Notes under the pieces: model-generated
Told to the model about the DNA's origin: nothing
Seen by the model: the letters and a program-made list of their open reading frames with translations, nothing else
Databases searched by the model: none
Translations under genes and position numbers: made by a program
Assembly (NCBI GenBank): GCA_018433675.1
Contig: JAHDQS010000006.1
Location: forward strand, 2,425 to 66,424
Length of the DNA: 64,000 bases
Reading direction: 5' to 3'
From: Clostridia bacterium
GTDB lineage: Bacteria > Bacillota > Peptococcia > DRI-13 > SM3-B62
In this document: positions 29,206-37,901 of the stretch, in pieces
How the letters are laid out: each line of letters opens with the position of its first letter
Position numbering within the stretch: position 1 is the stretch's first letter

Positions 29206-29992
29206 GCCCTTTTTTATCAAAACTATTGTCTCTAGCATATCCAAATTGAGTTTTCGTTAAGCAAGGCAAGTGACAGGCCTTTCTTAAACCTTCTACCTCA
29301 TGGTTTGTCAAATGCCGGTATTCTCCCGACTTAAGATTCTCCAAAGATAAATTTCCAAATCTCACCCTCTTTAACGAAGAAACCTTATGACCCACCGCCT
29401 CAAGCATTCGCCGCACCTGCCTGTTTCTTCCTTCGCTAATGATGATTTCCAACAGCATGTGCCCTTTCTCGGCTTGAAGACTTCTGACCTTAGCCGGCAT
29501 AGTAAAAGAACCGTCTAACATGACACCTTGTTTTAGTGTCTGCAATTCCCGGTTTGTAACCATTCCTTCTACCCCAACGATATATACCTTGTCCACTTTA
29601 AATTTGGGGTGTGTTAAACGATACGCCATCTCTCCGTCATTTGTCAATAACAACAGCCCGCTTGTCAGGTAATCCAAGCGGCCAACAGGATAGACCCTTT
29701 GCTTAAGGTCCTTTACAAAAGAGGATATTACCTGCCTGCCCTGAGGATCGCTTAAAGTGGTAACCACACGCAAGGGTTTATGAAAAAGCAAATATACCAT
29801 TTCTTCCTCCGGTCTCACGTCTTTACCGTTAACCGTAACCCTATCCCGCAGCGCCTCAACCTTATATCCCATCTCGGTAATGACCATACCGTTGACACTG
29901 ACTAATCCGGCCTTGACCATTTCCTCCGACTTCCGCCGTGAGGCTATTCCTGAACGGGCTAAATACTTTTGGAGTCTTTCCACACAAATCAC
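29165..29992 (-). CDS. rluB: 23S rRNA pseudouridine synthase, RluB/RsuA family
   Basis: 275 aa with an S4 domain (RLQKYLARSGIASRRKSEEMV) and the catalytic GRLDYLTSGLLLLTNDG motif. Confidence 0.85.
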   Translation of the reverse strand: MICVERLQKYLARSGIASRRKSEEMVKAGLVSVNGMVITEMGYKVEALRDRVTVNGKDVRPEEEMVYLLFHKPLRVVTTLSDPQGRQVISSFVKDLKQRVYPVGRLDYLTSGLLLLTNDGEMAYRLTHPKFKVDKVYIVGVEGMVTNRELQTLKQGVMLDGSFTMPAKVRSLQAEKGHMLLEIIISEGRNRQVRRMLEAVGHKVSSLKRVRFGNLSLENLKSGEYRHLTNHEVEGLRKACHLPCLTKTQFGYARDNSFDKKGHVCGKTQGKTSKE

Positions 29993-29998
29993 CTTCAG

Positions 29999-30532
29999 TT
30001 ACATAAAAACCCTGTTTACAATATAAACCGAGGCGAAAAACGTTGTCAAGTCTGCCAGCAATCCTACCGCCAAGGAATAACGATATTTTCTCACCCCTAC
30101 CGAACCAAAATATACCGTTAAAACAAAAAATGTCGTATCGGTACTGCCCTGCATGGTTGAAGCCAACCTACCAATAAACGAGTCGGGACCGAAGGCATCA
30201 ATCAGTTCCGCGGCAATGCCTAAAGCGCCGCCCCCTGAAAACGGCCTCATAATCGCCAGCGGAATAATCTCCGGTGGAATACCCCATTGCTGTAGTACCG
30301 ACCCACAGGCGTCGCTAACTAGATCCATCATCCCGGTTTGCCGAAAAATTCCTACTGCCGCCATCATTGCTACTAAATACGGTATGATCCGTACGGCAAT
30401 CGCAAAACCCTCGCCCGCACCTTTAACAAAACACTCATACACTTTGACTCCACGCAACATGGCATATAAAGGAACAAACAACAAAAATACCGGCACAGCC
30501 CAACGCGATAGATTTTGAATAAACTCCACCAT
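29999..30532 (-). CDS. spmB: spore maturation protein B
   Basis: 177 aa polytopic nucleoside-recognition-domain protein paired with spmA. Confidence 0.8.
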   Translation of the reverse strand: MVEFIQNLSRWAVPVFLLFVPLYAMLRGVKVYECFVKGAGEGFAIAVRIIPYLVAMMAAVGIFRQTGMMDLVSDACGSVLQQWGIPPEIIPLAIMRPFSGGGALGIAAELIDAFGPDSFIGRLASTMQGSTDTTFFVLTVYFGSVGVRKYRYSLAVGLLADLTTFFASVYIVNRVFM

Positions 30533-30535
30533 TCG

Positions 30536-31123
30536 TTAAAGCCTCCGCCGATAAATTTTGCGAAAAATCCCATCGGCTACTATGGCTATACCCATACCCA
30601 CGGCAGTGGCAAATATGGTCGGGCCGACAATTTCCGCCGGGGCGGCTGATTCGGCCGAAAGCCTGATACCGAGAATCATCGTCGGCATCAAAGTTAGGCA
30701 GGCCGTGTTAATTGCCAGGAAAGTACACATCGCCTCGCTTGCCTCTTCCTTGTTCCCGTTTAGCTCCTGCAGTTCCCCCATGGCTTTTAATCCAAAAGGT
30801 GTGGCTGCATTCCCCATCCCCAAGATATTAGCACTCAAGTTCATCAGTATTGAACCCATAGCAGGGTGCTGCGAAGGAATCGAAGGAAATAGGAAACTTG
30901 TAAAGGGTCTCAATAAACGAGCTAATCCACGTACCAGTCCCGCCTCTTCGGCAATTTTCATAATTCCCAGCCAAAAGCTCATAACACCTGCCAGCATGAG
31001 AGCGTACTTAACGGCAGCTTGCGCGGCTTGAAAAGTCGCTTGAGTGACTATCTCGGGGCTATCTTGCACCACCGCCAGCACAATACCTGAGACGATCATC
31101 ACCACCCAAACAATATTGATCAT
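30536..31123 (-). CDS. spmA: spore maturation protein A
   Basis: 195 aa polytopic protein in the typical spmA-spmB tandem. Confidence 0.8.
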   Translation of the reverse strand: MINIVWVVMIVSGIVLAVVQDSPEIVTQATFQAAQAAVKYALMLAGVMSFWLGIMKIAEEAGLVRGLARLLRPFTSFLFPSIPSQHPAMGSILMNLSANILGMGNAATPFGLKAMGELQELNGNKEEASEAMCTFLAINTACLTLMPTMILGIRLSAESAAPAEIVGPTIFATAVGMGIAIVADGIFRKIYRRRL

Positions 31124-31208
31124 TATTCCCCTCCGTTAGGCTGAAACTATAGTAAATATTTATGAAAACAACCCAACGGCTAGAACAAATATGTCCGGAA
31201 AACAAACT

Positions 31209-32183
31209 CTAAAGCAGTAATTCCTTCACAGCCGCGACAATATCGCTGCTATGGGGATAGATGTAGTCTTCCAGGGCAGGACTGAAAGGTGGGATTACGT
31301 TTAAACCCGCAACCCTTTTAACCGGAGCATCAAGATAGTCAAACAACTCTTCGGAAATCTGCGCGGCAATTTCTCCGCCATACCCTCCTCTTTTCACAGC
31401 CTCATGAACAACAACTGCCCGATGTGTCTTAGTTACCGAATTACTGATCGTCTCAAAATCAAGAGGCACCAGTGATCTAAGATCGACCACCTCTGCGTTT
31501 ATTCCCTCTTTTGCCAATTGCTCGGCAGCATCAAGGGCAGACAAGACCTGTCTCGACCAGGCTATTATGGTCACATCTTCTCCTGTCCGCTTGACATCGG
31601 CCTTACCTAATTCAAGCAGATACTCCTCTTCCGGAACCTCGCCTTTCCCGGCATACAACAATTTATGCTCAATACACACCACCGGATCATCGTCTCTGAT
31701 GGCTGACTTGAGCAAACCCTTAGCATCATAAGGAGTGGAAGGCGCAATTACCTTCAATCCCGGAATATGGGTGAAAATCGCTTCCAGACTCTGTGAATGC
31801 TGTCCGGCATTTCTCCGTCCCGCTCCTCCCGGAGCCCTGATCACTACCGGTATCGTAAGCTGCCCGCCTGTCATATAGCGCATCTTGGCAGCCTGATTTG
31901 CTATCGCGTCATAACAAACAGTAGTAAAGTCCACATACATTATCTCCACTACCGGCCTTAAGCCCCTCATCGCAGCGCCGACAGCAATTGAAGTAAAACC
32001 GTTCTCCGATATCGGGGTATCAATAACTCGGTCTGAACCGAATTCCTCCATGAATCCCCTTGTTATCCCGAAGACACTGCCCATCACACCCATATCCTCA
32101 CCCATAACAATAACCGCTTCGTTCCGAAGCATTTCTTCCCGCAAGGCTTCGCTGATCGCCTTGCTGTACGTAAGCTGTCTCAT
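31209..32183 (-). CDS. 2-oxoacid (pyruvate/acetoin-type) dehydrogenase E1 beta subunit, copy 1
   Basis: 324 aa transketolase-like pyrimidine-binding and C-terminal domains (VIDTPISENGF). It overlaps the alpha gene by 4 nt. Confidence 0.85.
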   Translation of the reverse strand: MRQLTYSKAISEALREEMLRNEAVIVMGEDMGVMGSVFGITRGFMEEFGSDRVIDTPISENGFTSIAVGAAMRGLRPVVEIMYVDFTTVCYDAIANQAAKMRYMTGGQLTIPVVIRAPGGAGRRNAGQHSQSLEAIFTHIPGLKVIAPSTPYDAKGLLKSAIRDDDPVVCIEHKLLYAGKGEVPEEEYLLELGKADVKRTGEDVTIIAWSRQVLSALDAAEQLAKEGINAEVVDLRSLVPLDFETISNSVTKTHRAVVVHEAVKRGGYGGEIAAQISEELFDYLDAPVKRVAGLNVIPPFSPALEDYIYPHSSDIVAAVKELLL

Positions 32184-33175
32184 CTGGCCACACCCCTTTC
32201 ATTGTCGCTTGCATAAACGTCGGTCATAACCTCTTTTTTTTCAGGATAAGGTGAATTCTGGGCAAATAAAACGGCAGCTTCCATCTCCTCTTTTACCTCT
32301 TTATCGATCCCTGCCAATTCTTCTTCCAAGGCAAATCCTGCCTCTATTATCTCCTTACGCAACCGCTCTATAGCGTCGCGATTTTTCCATTCCAAGACCT
32401 CTTCTTTGGTCCTGTACACCTGAGGATCTCCTTCATAATGACCGTGATACCGGTAGGTCTTAGCCTCGACCAAAGTCGGACCTTGCCCCGCCCTGGCTCT
32501 TTTAACCGCCTTCTTGACCGTCTCATGCACTGCCAAGACGTCACACCCGTCTGTAATCACCCCGGGGATACCGTAGCCTTTTGCCCGTTCTGCAATGTCC
32601 TTTACCTTTGTCACCCTATCAATATTCACAGAAACAGCGTATTTATTATTTTCACATAAAAAGACGACGGGCAAGTCCCAGGCTGAGGCCATATTTAAAG
32701 CCTCATGGAACTCACCCGTATTGCTTGCACCGTCACCAAAAAACACCAAAGTAACCTCCATCGTCTTTAAAATCTTGGAGGCCAAAGCAGAACCAACTCC
32801 GATCGGGATGCCGGCTCCAACTATCCCGTTAGCGCCGAGGATACCGATATCAACATTTGCAATATGCATTGACCCTCCCTTGCCACGACAATAACCTGTC
32901 TCTTTCCCAAAAAGCTCGGCCATCATCATACCGGGATCACCGCCTTTTGCCAGGCACTGCCCATGCCCGCGGTGAGTAGCTACTATGAAATCACTCGGGT
33001 TTAAGGCCAGACAACCACCTACCGCAGTGGCCTCCTGACCTATACAAGTATGTATATTACCGGCTATCATGGCCTTAGTGAAGAGTTCGGAAGCCTTTGT
33101 GTCGAATCCCCTGACTCTTTTCATTTCCCGATAGAACCTTAACAGGGTCTCTCGGTTATACTTTTTTATAATCAT
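32180..33175 (-). CDS. 2-oxoacid dehydrogenase E1 alpha subunit (TPP-binding), copy 1
   Basis: 331 aa with the TPP motif GDGASNTGEFHEALNMASAW and the phosphorylation-loop-like YRYHGH. Confidence 0.85.
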   Translation of the reverse strand: MIIKKYNRETLLRFYREMKRVRGFDTKASELFTKAMIAGNIHTCIGQEATAVGGCLALNPSDFIVATHRGHGQCLAKGGDPGMMMAELFGKETGYCRGKGGSMHIANVDIGILGANGIVGAGIPIGVGSALASKILKTMEVTLVFFGDGASNTGEFHEALNMASAWDLPVVFLCENNKYAVSVNIDRVTKVKDIAERAKGYGIPGVITDGCDVLAVHETVKKAVKRARAGQGPTLVEAKTYRYHGHYEGDPQVYRTKEEVLEWKNRDAIERLRKEIIEAGFALEEELAGIDKEVKEEMEAAVLFAQNSPYPEKKEVMTDVYASDNERGVAR

Positions 33176-33195
33176 TCTATACCATCCTCCAATAC

Positions 33196-33642
33196 TTAAT
33201 ACTTATCCACTTCGGTAATAACAATATCCATTTCTGTCAAAGCAATATTGCCATCCGGCTGCATGTGTCCATCCCATATCATTTTTTCACCGATCGAAAA
33301 GCTTCCCCGGAGAAATACATGGTATTCACCATCGTTCTTTCTTACGACAAATCCCCTCTCACCGGAAAACATTACTGTTTCACCTTTATCAGGAAAACTA
33401 TTTTCTTCAAATAAATATTCCCCCATCTTGGCAATTACCGGATAAAAAAACGACGCTTCCTTCAGTGAAACCACTCCACAGCTAATATATGCACATTCTA
33501 CATTGTATTGCCTGCATACATCCTTAATACCCTGAAAAACATTAACACCAGGCAGCAGCCTGCCGCTAATGACACGTACACCTTTACTGGCTACACACCT
33601 GAAATCCGAATTGTTTGTCAACCTGATACCCCCTAATCTCAA
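33196..33642 (-). CDS. PPC (DUF296)-like domain protein
   Basis: 148 aa. The C-terminal pattern YHVFLRGSFS...WDGHMQPDGNIALTEMDIVITEV resembles the PPC-domain consensus. This is a by-eye call only. Confidence 0.4.
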   Translation of the reverse strand: MRLGGIRLTNNSDFRCVASKGVRVISGRLLPGVNVFQGIKDVCRQYNVECAYISCGVVSLKEASFFYPVIAKMGEYLFEENSFPDKGETVMFSGERGFVVRKNDGEYHVFLRGSFSIGEKMIWDGHMQPDGNIALTEMDIVITEVDKY

Positions 33643-33762
33643 TTTGTGATTATTATATTTACCAAATTCAACTCTTTATTATGATTAATGTCAACTGTTT
33701 TATTTTTTAATCTATTCTACTTTTTTGTGAAATGTCCTTCAGCTATTATAGGCTTCCGGTGT

Positions 33763-33789
33763 AAAAAAAAATGCCGTTTAAACGGCATT
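33763..33789 (-). terminator. strong rho-independent terminator between the two E1 units
   Basis: Minus strand AAUGCCGUUUAAACGGCAUU followed by UUUUUUUU. The stop codon of E1 beta copy 2 lies in the loop. Confidence 0.85.
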
Positions 33790-34791
33790 CGTAAAAACGG
33801 CATTTTTCCCTCCATGCAGCAATTCCCTCACGGTTGCGACAATATTTCCGGTCTGGGGAATAATTTTATCCTCCAGAGCGGGACTATAAGGTATTACCAC
33901 ATTTGAACCGGCAACCCTTTTCACCGGAGCATCAAGATAATCAAACAATTCATCTGAGATTTGCGCGGCAATTTCTCCGCCGTATCCTCCTCTTTTTACA
34001 GCCTCATGAACAACAACTGCCCGACGGGTCTTGATAATCGAATTCCTGATTGTATCAAAATCAAGAGGAACCAAGGACCTGATATCTATTACTTCTGCGC
34101 TTATGCCCTCTTCTGCCAGCTGCGCGGCGGCTTCTAGGGCATGAATAACCTCTTGTGACCAGGCTATTATTGTCACATCATCTCCCGCCCTCTTGATATC
34201 GGCCTTACCCAACTCAATCAAATACTCCTCCTCCGGAACATCGCATTTCGCGTCATAAAAATACAGCGATTTATGCTCAATAAACACCACCGGATCGTTG
34301 TCTCTGATGGCCGACTTCAGCAGACCTTTGGCATCATAAGGAGTAGAGGCCGCTACTACCTTCAAGCCCGGAATATGCGTAAAGATAGCCTCCAGGCTTT
34401 GTGAATGTTGTCCGGCACTCCTCCGTCCCGCTCCTGCCGGAGTGCGGATCACCATCGGTACCGAAAGTGTTCCTCCTGACATATAGCTTACTTTGGCAGC
34501 CTGATTAGCTATTGCATCATAACAGGCCATAGCAAAATCAACATACATAATCTCCACCACCGGTCTCAGTCCCCGCATTGCCGCACCGATAGCAACTGAA
34601 GTAAAACCATTTTCCGAAATGGGAGTATCGATAACACGGTGTGCACCGAACTCCTTCATAAACCCTATAGTCAGTCCGAATACACTGCCCATTACACCCA
34701 TGTCTTCGCCCATAATGATCATTTTTTCATCCCGACGCATTTCTTCCCGCAAGGCCTCAGTTATTGCTTTGCTGTAATTAAGCTGTCTCAT
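33778..34791 (-). CDS. 2-oxoacid dehydrogenase E1 beta subunit, copy 2 (13-aa C-terminal extension)
   Basis: 337 aa, collinear with copy 1 and with most residues identical by eye. It carries an extra tail, HGGKNAVFTNAV. Confidence 0.85.
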   Translation of the reverse strand: MRQLNYSKAITEALREEMRRDEKMIIMGEDMGVMGSVFGLTIGFMKEFGAHRVIDTPISENGFTSVAIGAAMRGLRPVVEIMYVDFAMACYDAIANQAAKVSYMSGGTLSVPMVIRTPAGAGRRSAGQHSQSLEAIFTHIPGLKVVAASTPYDAKGLLKSAIRDNDPVVFIEHKSLYFYDAKCDVPEEEYLIELGKADIKRAGDDVTIIAWSQEVIHALEAAAQLAEEGISAEVIDIRSLVPLDFDTIRNSIIKTRRAVVVHEAVKRGGYGGEIAAQISDELFDYLDAPVKRVAGSNVVIPYSPALEDKIIPQTGNIVATVRELLHGGKNAVFTNAV

Positions 34792-35783
34792 CTTGCCACA
34801 CTCCTCTCATTGTCGTTGGAATAAACGTTTCTCATCGCCTCATCTTCTGCCGGCCAAGGCGAATCCTGGGCAAATAAAGCAGCTTCCTCCATCTCTTCTT
34901 TTACTTCTTTATCTATATCTGCCAACTCTTCGGCGGAGGCAAATCCTGCCTCAATTATTTCTTTGTACAGCCGCTCGATGGCATCGCGTTTTTTCCACTC
35001 CGACATCTCTTCTTCTGTCCTGTATACCTGCGGTTCACCCTCAAAATGACCATGATACCGGTAAGTCTTGGCCTCGATTAAAGTAGGCCCCAGACCCTCA
35101 CGAGCCCGTTCTACCGCCTTCTTGGTCGTCTCATAGACTGCCAACACATCACACCCGTCGACAACTACTCCGGGGATATCATAAGCCTTTGCTCTTTCTG
35201 CAATATCTTTAACCTTACTTACCCTTTCAATATCCACGGAAACAGCATACTTATTATTTTCACAGAAAAAGACAACAGGCAGGTTCCAGGCTGAAGCCAT
35301 ATTTAAAGCCTCATGAAATTCACCCGTATTGCTTGCGCCATCACCAAAAAACGCCAGAGTAATTTCCGTCGTCTTCAGGATGTTCGTGGCTAATGCCGAA
35401 CCTACTGCAATCGGTATACCTGCACCAACTATCCCGTTAGCACCGAGAATACCAACATCAATACTGGCAATGTGCATGGATCCCCCTCTTCCTCGGCAAT
35501 ATCCAGTTTCTCTTCCAAACAGCTCGGCCATCATTATCCCGGGATCACCGCCCTTTGCCAGGCACTGACCATGTCCGCGGTGCGTGCAAATTATTAAATC
35601 ATTCTTTTCCAATGCTTGACAGCCGCCAACCGCAGTAGCCTCTTGCCCAATGCAGGTATGGATATTATACTCTATCATACCTTGAGCGAAGAGTTCGCAA
35701 GCCTTTTCTTCAAATTCCCTGACCCTTTTCATTTCCCGATAGAACTTTATTAAGGTCTCTCGGCCATACTTTCTGATAACCAT
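34788..35783 (-). CDS. 2-oxoacid dehydrogenase E1 alpha subunit, copy 2
   Basis: 331 aa, collinear with copy 1 and with the same TPP motif. Confidence 0.85.
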   Translation of the reverse strand: MVIRKYGRETLIKFYREMKRVREFEEKACELFAQGMIEYNIHTCIGQEATAVGGCQALEKNDLIICTHRGHGQCLAKGGDPGIMMAELFGRETGYCRGRGGSMHIASIDVGILGANGIVGAGIPIAVGSALATNILKTTEITLAFFGDGASNTGEFHEALNMASAWNLPVVFFCENNKYAVSVDIERVSKVKDIAERAKAYDIPGVVVDGCDVLAVYETTKKAVERAREGLGPTLIEAKTYRYHGHFEGEPQVYRTEEEMSEWKKRDAIERLYKEIIEAGFASAEELADIDKEVKEEMEEAALFAQDSPWPAEDEAMRNVYSNDNERSVAR

Positions 35784-36146
35784 TTTAGATCAACCTCCCA
35801 CCCTTGATTGTCCACATAGTTAAAACATAGCCTGTAGCCGTTATATATAGTTTTCACCTGCCTTTTTATTGCATATATTGCTTTATGTATCCACATATAG
35901 CGATATATGACATTTTGCTTTCCTAATTCTGCTTTATTTTCAAATATCCTTCTATATTTTTTAACTTTTTGCAAATTTTGCTGCTAAACGAAAAATGAAT
36001 TACATCTAGCATTTTGTGTTATATTTTACCATTCGCTTTCATATCATTGTTATCATTGGTTTGTCTTTCACCCGGAAGCGCAATGAGGTACACAAATAAG
36101 TCAAAGGTCAAAGCTTGTAAATCCAAGTTTGGAAAGGAGGATATAT

Positions 36147-36476
36147 ATGCCGGAAAAAAAAGTTTCCAAGTTTGATTCCCAATTGGTTACAGATTTAAAC
36201 ATCGTTTTATCAAAGCAGCAAATCGATGCTATCGTCAAAGAACTCATGAAAACCATTGAACTTCATCCCGGCGGTCAGGTTTCTTTAGCCGGAGACTATT
36301 GCTGCGTTGATACCTCAATCGGCTCGTCAGTAGCGGGACCATTTAGCAGCGTCGGTTCATCCGTCAGCTATGACCCCGGTATCCAAGCAACTGCAAGGAC
36401 CGGTATTCGGGAAAAGTTATCAGCCGAAAATATGAAAGTTAACGTGATGCTTCCCGAGAAATTTAAAATAAAGTAG
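36147..36476 (+). CDS. small protein, candidate RiPP precursor peptide (109 aa)
   Basis: The start is trimmed to ATG at 36147, 7 nt after GGAAAGGAGG. The N-terminal 43 aa are helical and charged and end in LHPGG. The central segment is Gly/Ser/Val-rich: QVSLAGDYCCVDTSIGSSVAGPFSSVGSSVSYDPG. The gene lies immediately upstream of five radical-SAM genes. Confidence 0.6.
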   Translation: MPEKKVSKFDSQLVTDLNIVLSKQQIDAIVKELMKTIELHPGGQVSLAGDYCCVDTSIGSSVAGPFSSVGSSVSYDPGIQATARTGIREKLSAENMKVNVMLPEKFKIK

Positions 36477-36486
36477 TTCCAATAAA

Positions 36487-36530
36487 AAGAGGGTTACGCC
36501 TTCCGGGTGAAAGGGCAACCTCTACCATTT
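36487..36530 (+). other. imperfect stem-loop after the peptide gene (possible attenuator)
   Basis: AGAGGGUU...AACCUCU outer stem with inner CGCC/GGUG pairing, followed by ACCAUUUUC. Confidence 0.35.
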
Positions 36531-36551
36531 TCTAAGAAAGGTAAAATTTTT

Positions 36552-37901
36552 ATGAAAAACAGCATGTTTAACCATACCATACCCTGGCAAAAGGATAAAA
36601 CTCTATTGGTAAATACCCTTTCAGGCGCTATTGATGTGATTCCTTCACACTTCGAATATTACCTCACTAATGCAAATCAACTTCAAAAAAACAAAATAAC
36701 GGATTTTCTCTTTGCAAGACGTTATCTACTGGAAAAAGAGATCGATGAATCTCTGATTCTCGAAAGCCTCTATCGCGAACTCCTTGCCCTGCAGAGAAAA
36801 AATTCCCCCTTAAAGAGCGTCCTCATTACTACCTTCGACTGTAATTTGAAGTGTTCTTACTGCTGGCAGCAGCACAATACCCGCTCTCTGAAATCATCCA
36901 CCCTATCCGTTGAAATGGTCGATGCGGCCTTCAAGGCCATTGATAAATTACAAAATCTTTTAGAGGAAAAAAGCATTGACCCTCCTGTTATTCAAATATT
37001 TGGCGGTGAACCTTTGCTGACAAAAAACAAAGAACTGGTCGAGCATGTTCTTAAGAAGTGCCGTGAATACTCTTATGGCTCGCAAGTAACAACAAATGGC
37101 GTTAATCTGGAGATATTTCAAGAAATGCTTCTCGAATATAAAGTTGATGAAATACAAGTAACAGTGGACGGAACGGAAGAAGCACATAACAGGCGACGAA
37201 TAGGCAGCAATTACAACAGTATTATGAATTCAATCGCAAATATTCTCAGTTATCAAGCTGCCTTCTTGAAACTAAGGGTCAATGTTGACCTTTCCAATGT
37301 AAACACCCTCCGGGATCTGGCTGATGAAATAATTGACCGCAGATGGTATACAAATAGGAAGTTTTACGCCTATCTTGCTCCCCTAAGGGATTCCTCCTTT
37401 GCGTCAACCGACCTCATTACCCAGCGTCCCAAACTGCTGGCAAAGGTATTGGAGTTAAAAAGACTCTATCCCCAAATCGAACTCTTCGACATGAAGGGCT
37501 GGGACGGTTATCAGCCTATTAGGGTTTTAGAAAACACCGGACGCTTCCCATACCCTAAGGCCAACATCTGTGATGTGAACCTAAATCAGTTTGTCTTCGC
37601 TCCCGACGGCAAAATACGCCTCTGCGCAGAAGAAGCTCACGATCAGCGAGGTATCATCGGTGAATTCTATCCCGAATTCTCTTTGGATGATAACTCCTTC
37701 CAAAGACTGTATGACCACTCTCCCTTGGATATTAAAAAATGTAAGCAATGTACTCTCCTGCCCATCTGCGGAGGCGGTTGCATGCTGATGGAAAAAGAAG
37801 AAAACTTTCGAAATCACTATTGTCAAGCCGTCAAGGATTGTTTCGAATACACCCTGACATCTTATCTGGAAAGTAGGGAAGCAAATTGCGCATCGCTCTG
37901 A
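36552..37901 (+). CDS. radical SAM/SPASM domain peptide-maturase-like protein
   Basis: It has the CNLKCSYC cluster motif and a full SPASM pattern: CDVNLNQFVFAPDGKIRLC (CX12GX4C), CKQCTLLPICGGGC (CX2CX5CX3C) and a downstream YC. About 95 aa N-terminal to the cluster could be an RRE-like domain. ATG at 36552 is preferred over GTG at 36507, which lies inside the hairpin. Confidence 0.8.
   Translation: MKNSMFNHTIPWQKDKTLLVNTLSGAIDVIPSHFEYYLTNANQLQKNKITDFLFARRYLLEKEIDESLILESLYRELLALQRKNSPLKSVLITTFDCNLKCSYCWQQHNTRSLKSSTLSVEMVDAAFKAIDKLQNLLEEKSIDPPVIQIFGGEPLLTKNKELVEHVLKKCREYSYGSQVTTNGVNLEIFQEMLLEYKVDEIQVTVDGTEEAHNRRRIGSNYNSIMNSIANILSYQAAFLKLRVNVDLSNVNTLRDLADEIIDRRWYTNRKFYAYLAPLRDSSFASTDLITQRPKLLAKVLELKRLYPQIELFDMKGWDGYQPIRVLENTGRFPYPKANICDVNLNQFVFAPDGKIRLCAEEAHDQRGIIGEFYPEFSLDDNSFQRLYDHSPLDIKKCKQCTLLPICGGGCMLMEKEENFRNHYCQAVKDCFEYTLTSYLESREANCASL

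Noticed and set aside
35750-35974. A 74-aa minus-strand ORF overlapping the start of E1 alpha copy 2.
   Set aside because: It overlaps the supported start of the E1 alpha gene in another frame, extends into AT-rich promoter DNA, and has no RBS.
36258-36275. The LHPGG motif as a double-glycine leader cleavage site processed by a C39 peptidase ABC exporter.
   Set aside because: No C39-peptidase or ABC exporter gene lies near the cassette, and the residues upstream fit the double-glycine leader consensus poorly. It is kept only as a note in the precursor finding.
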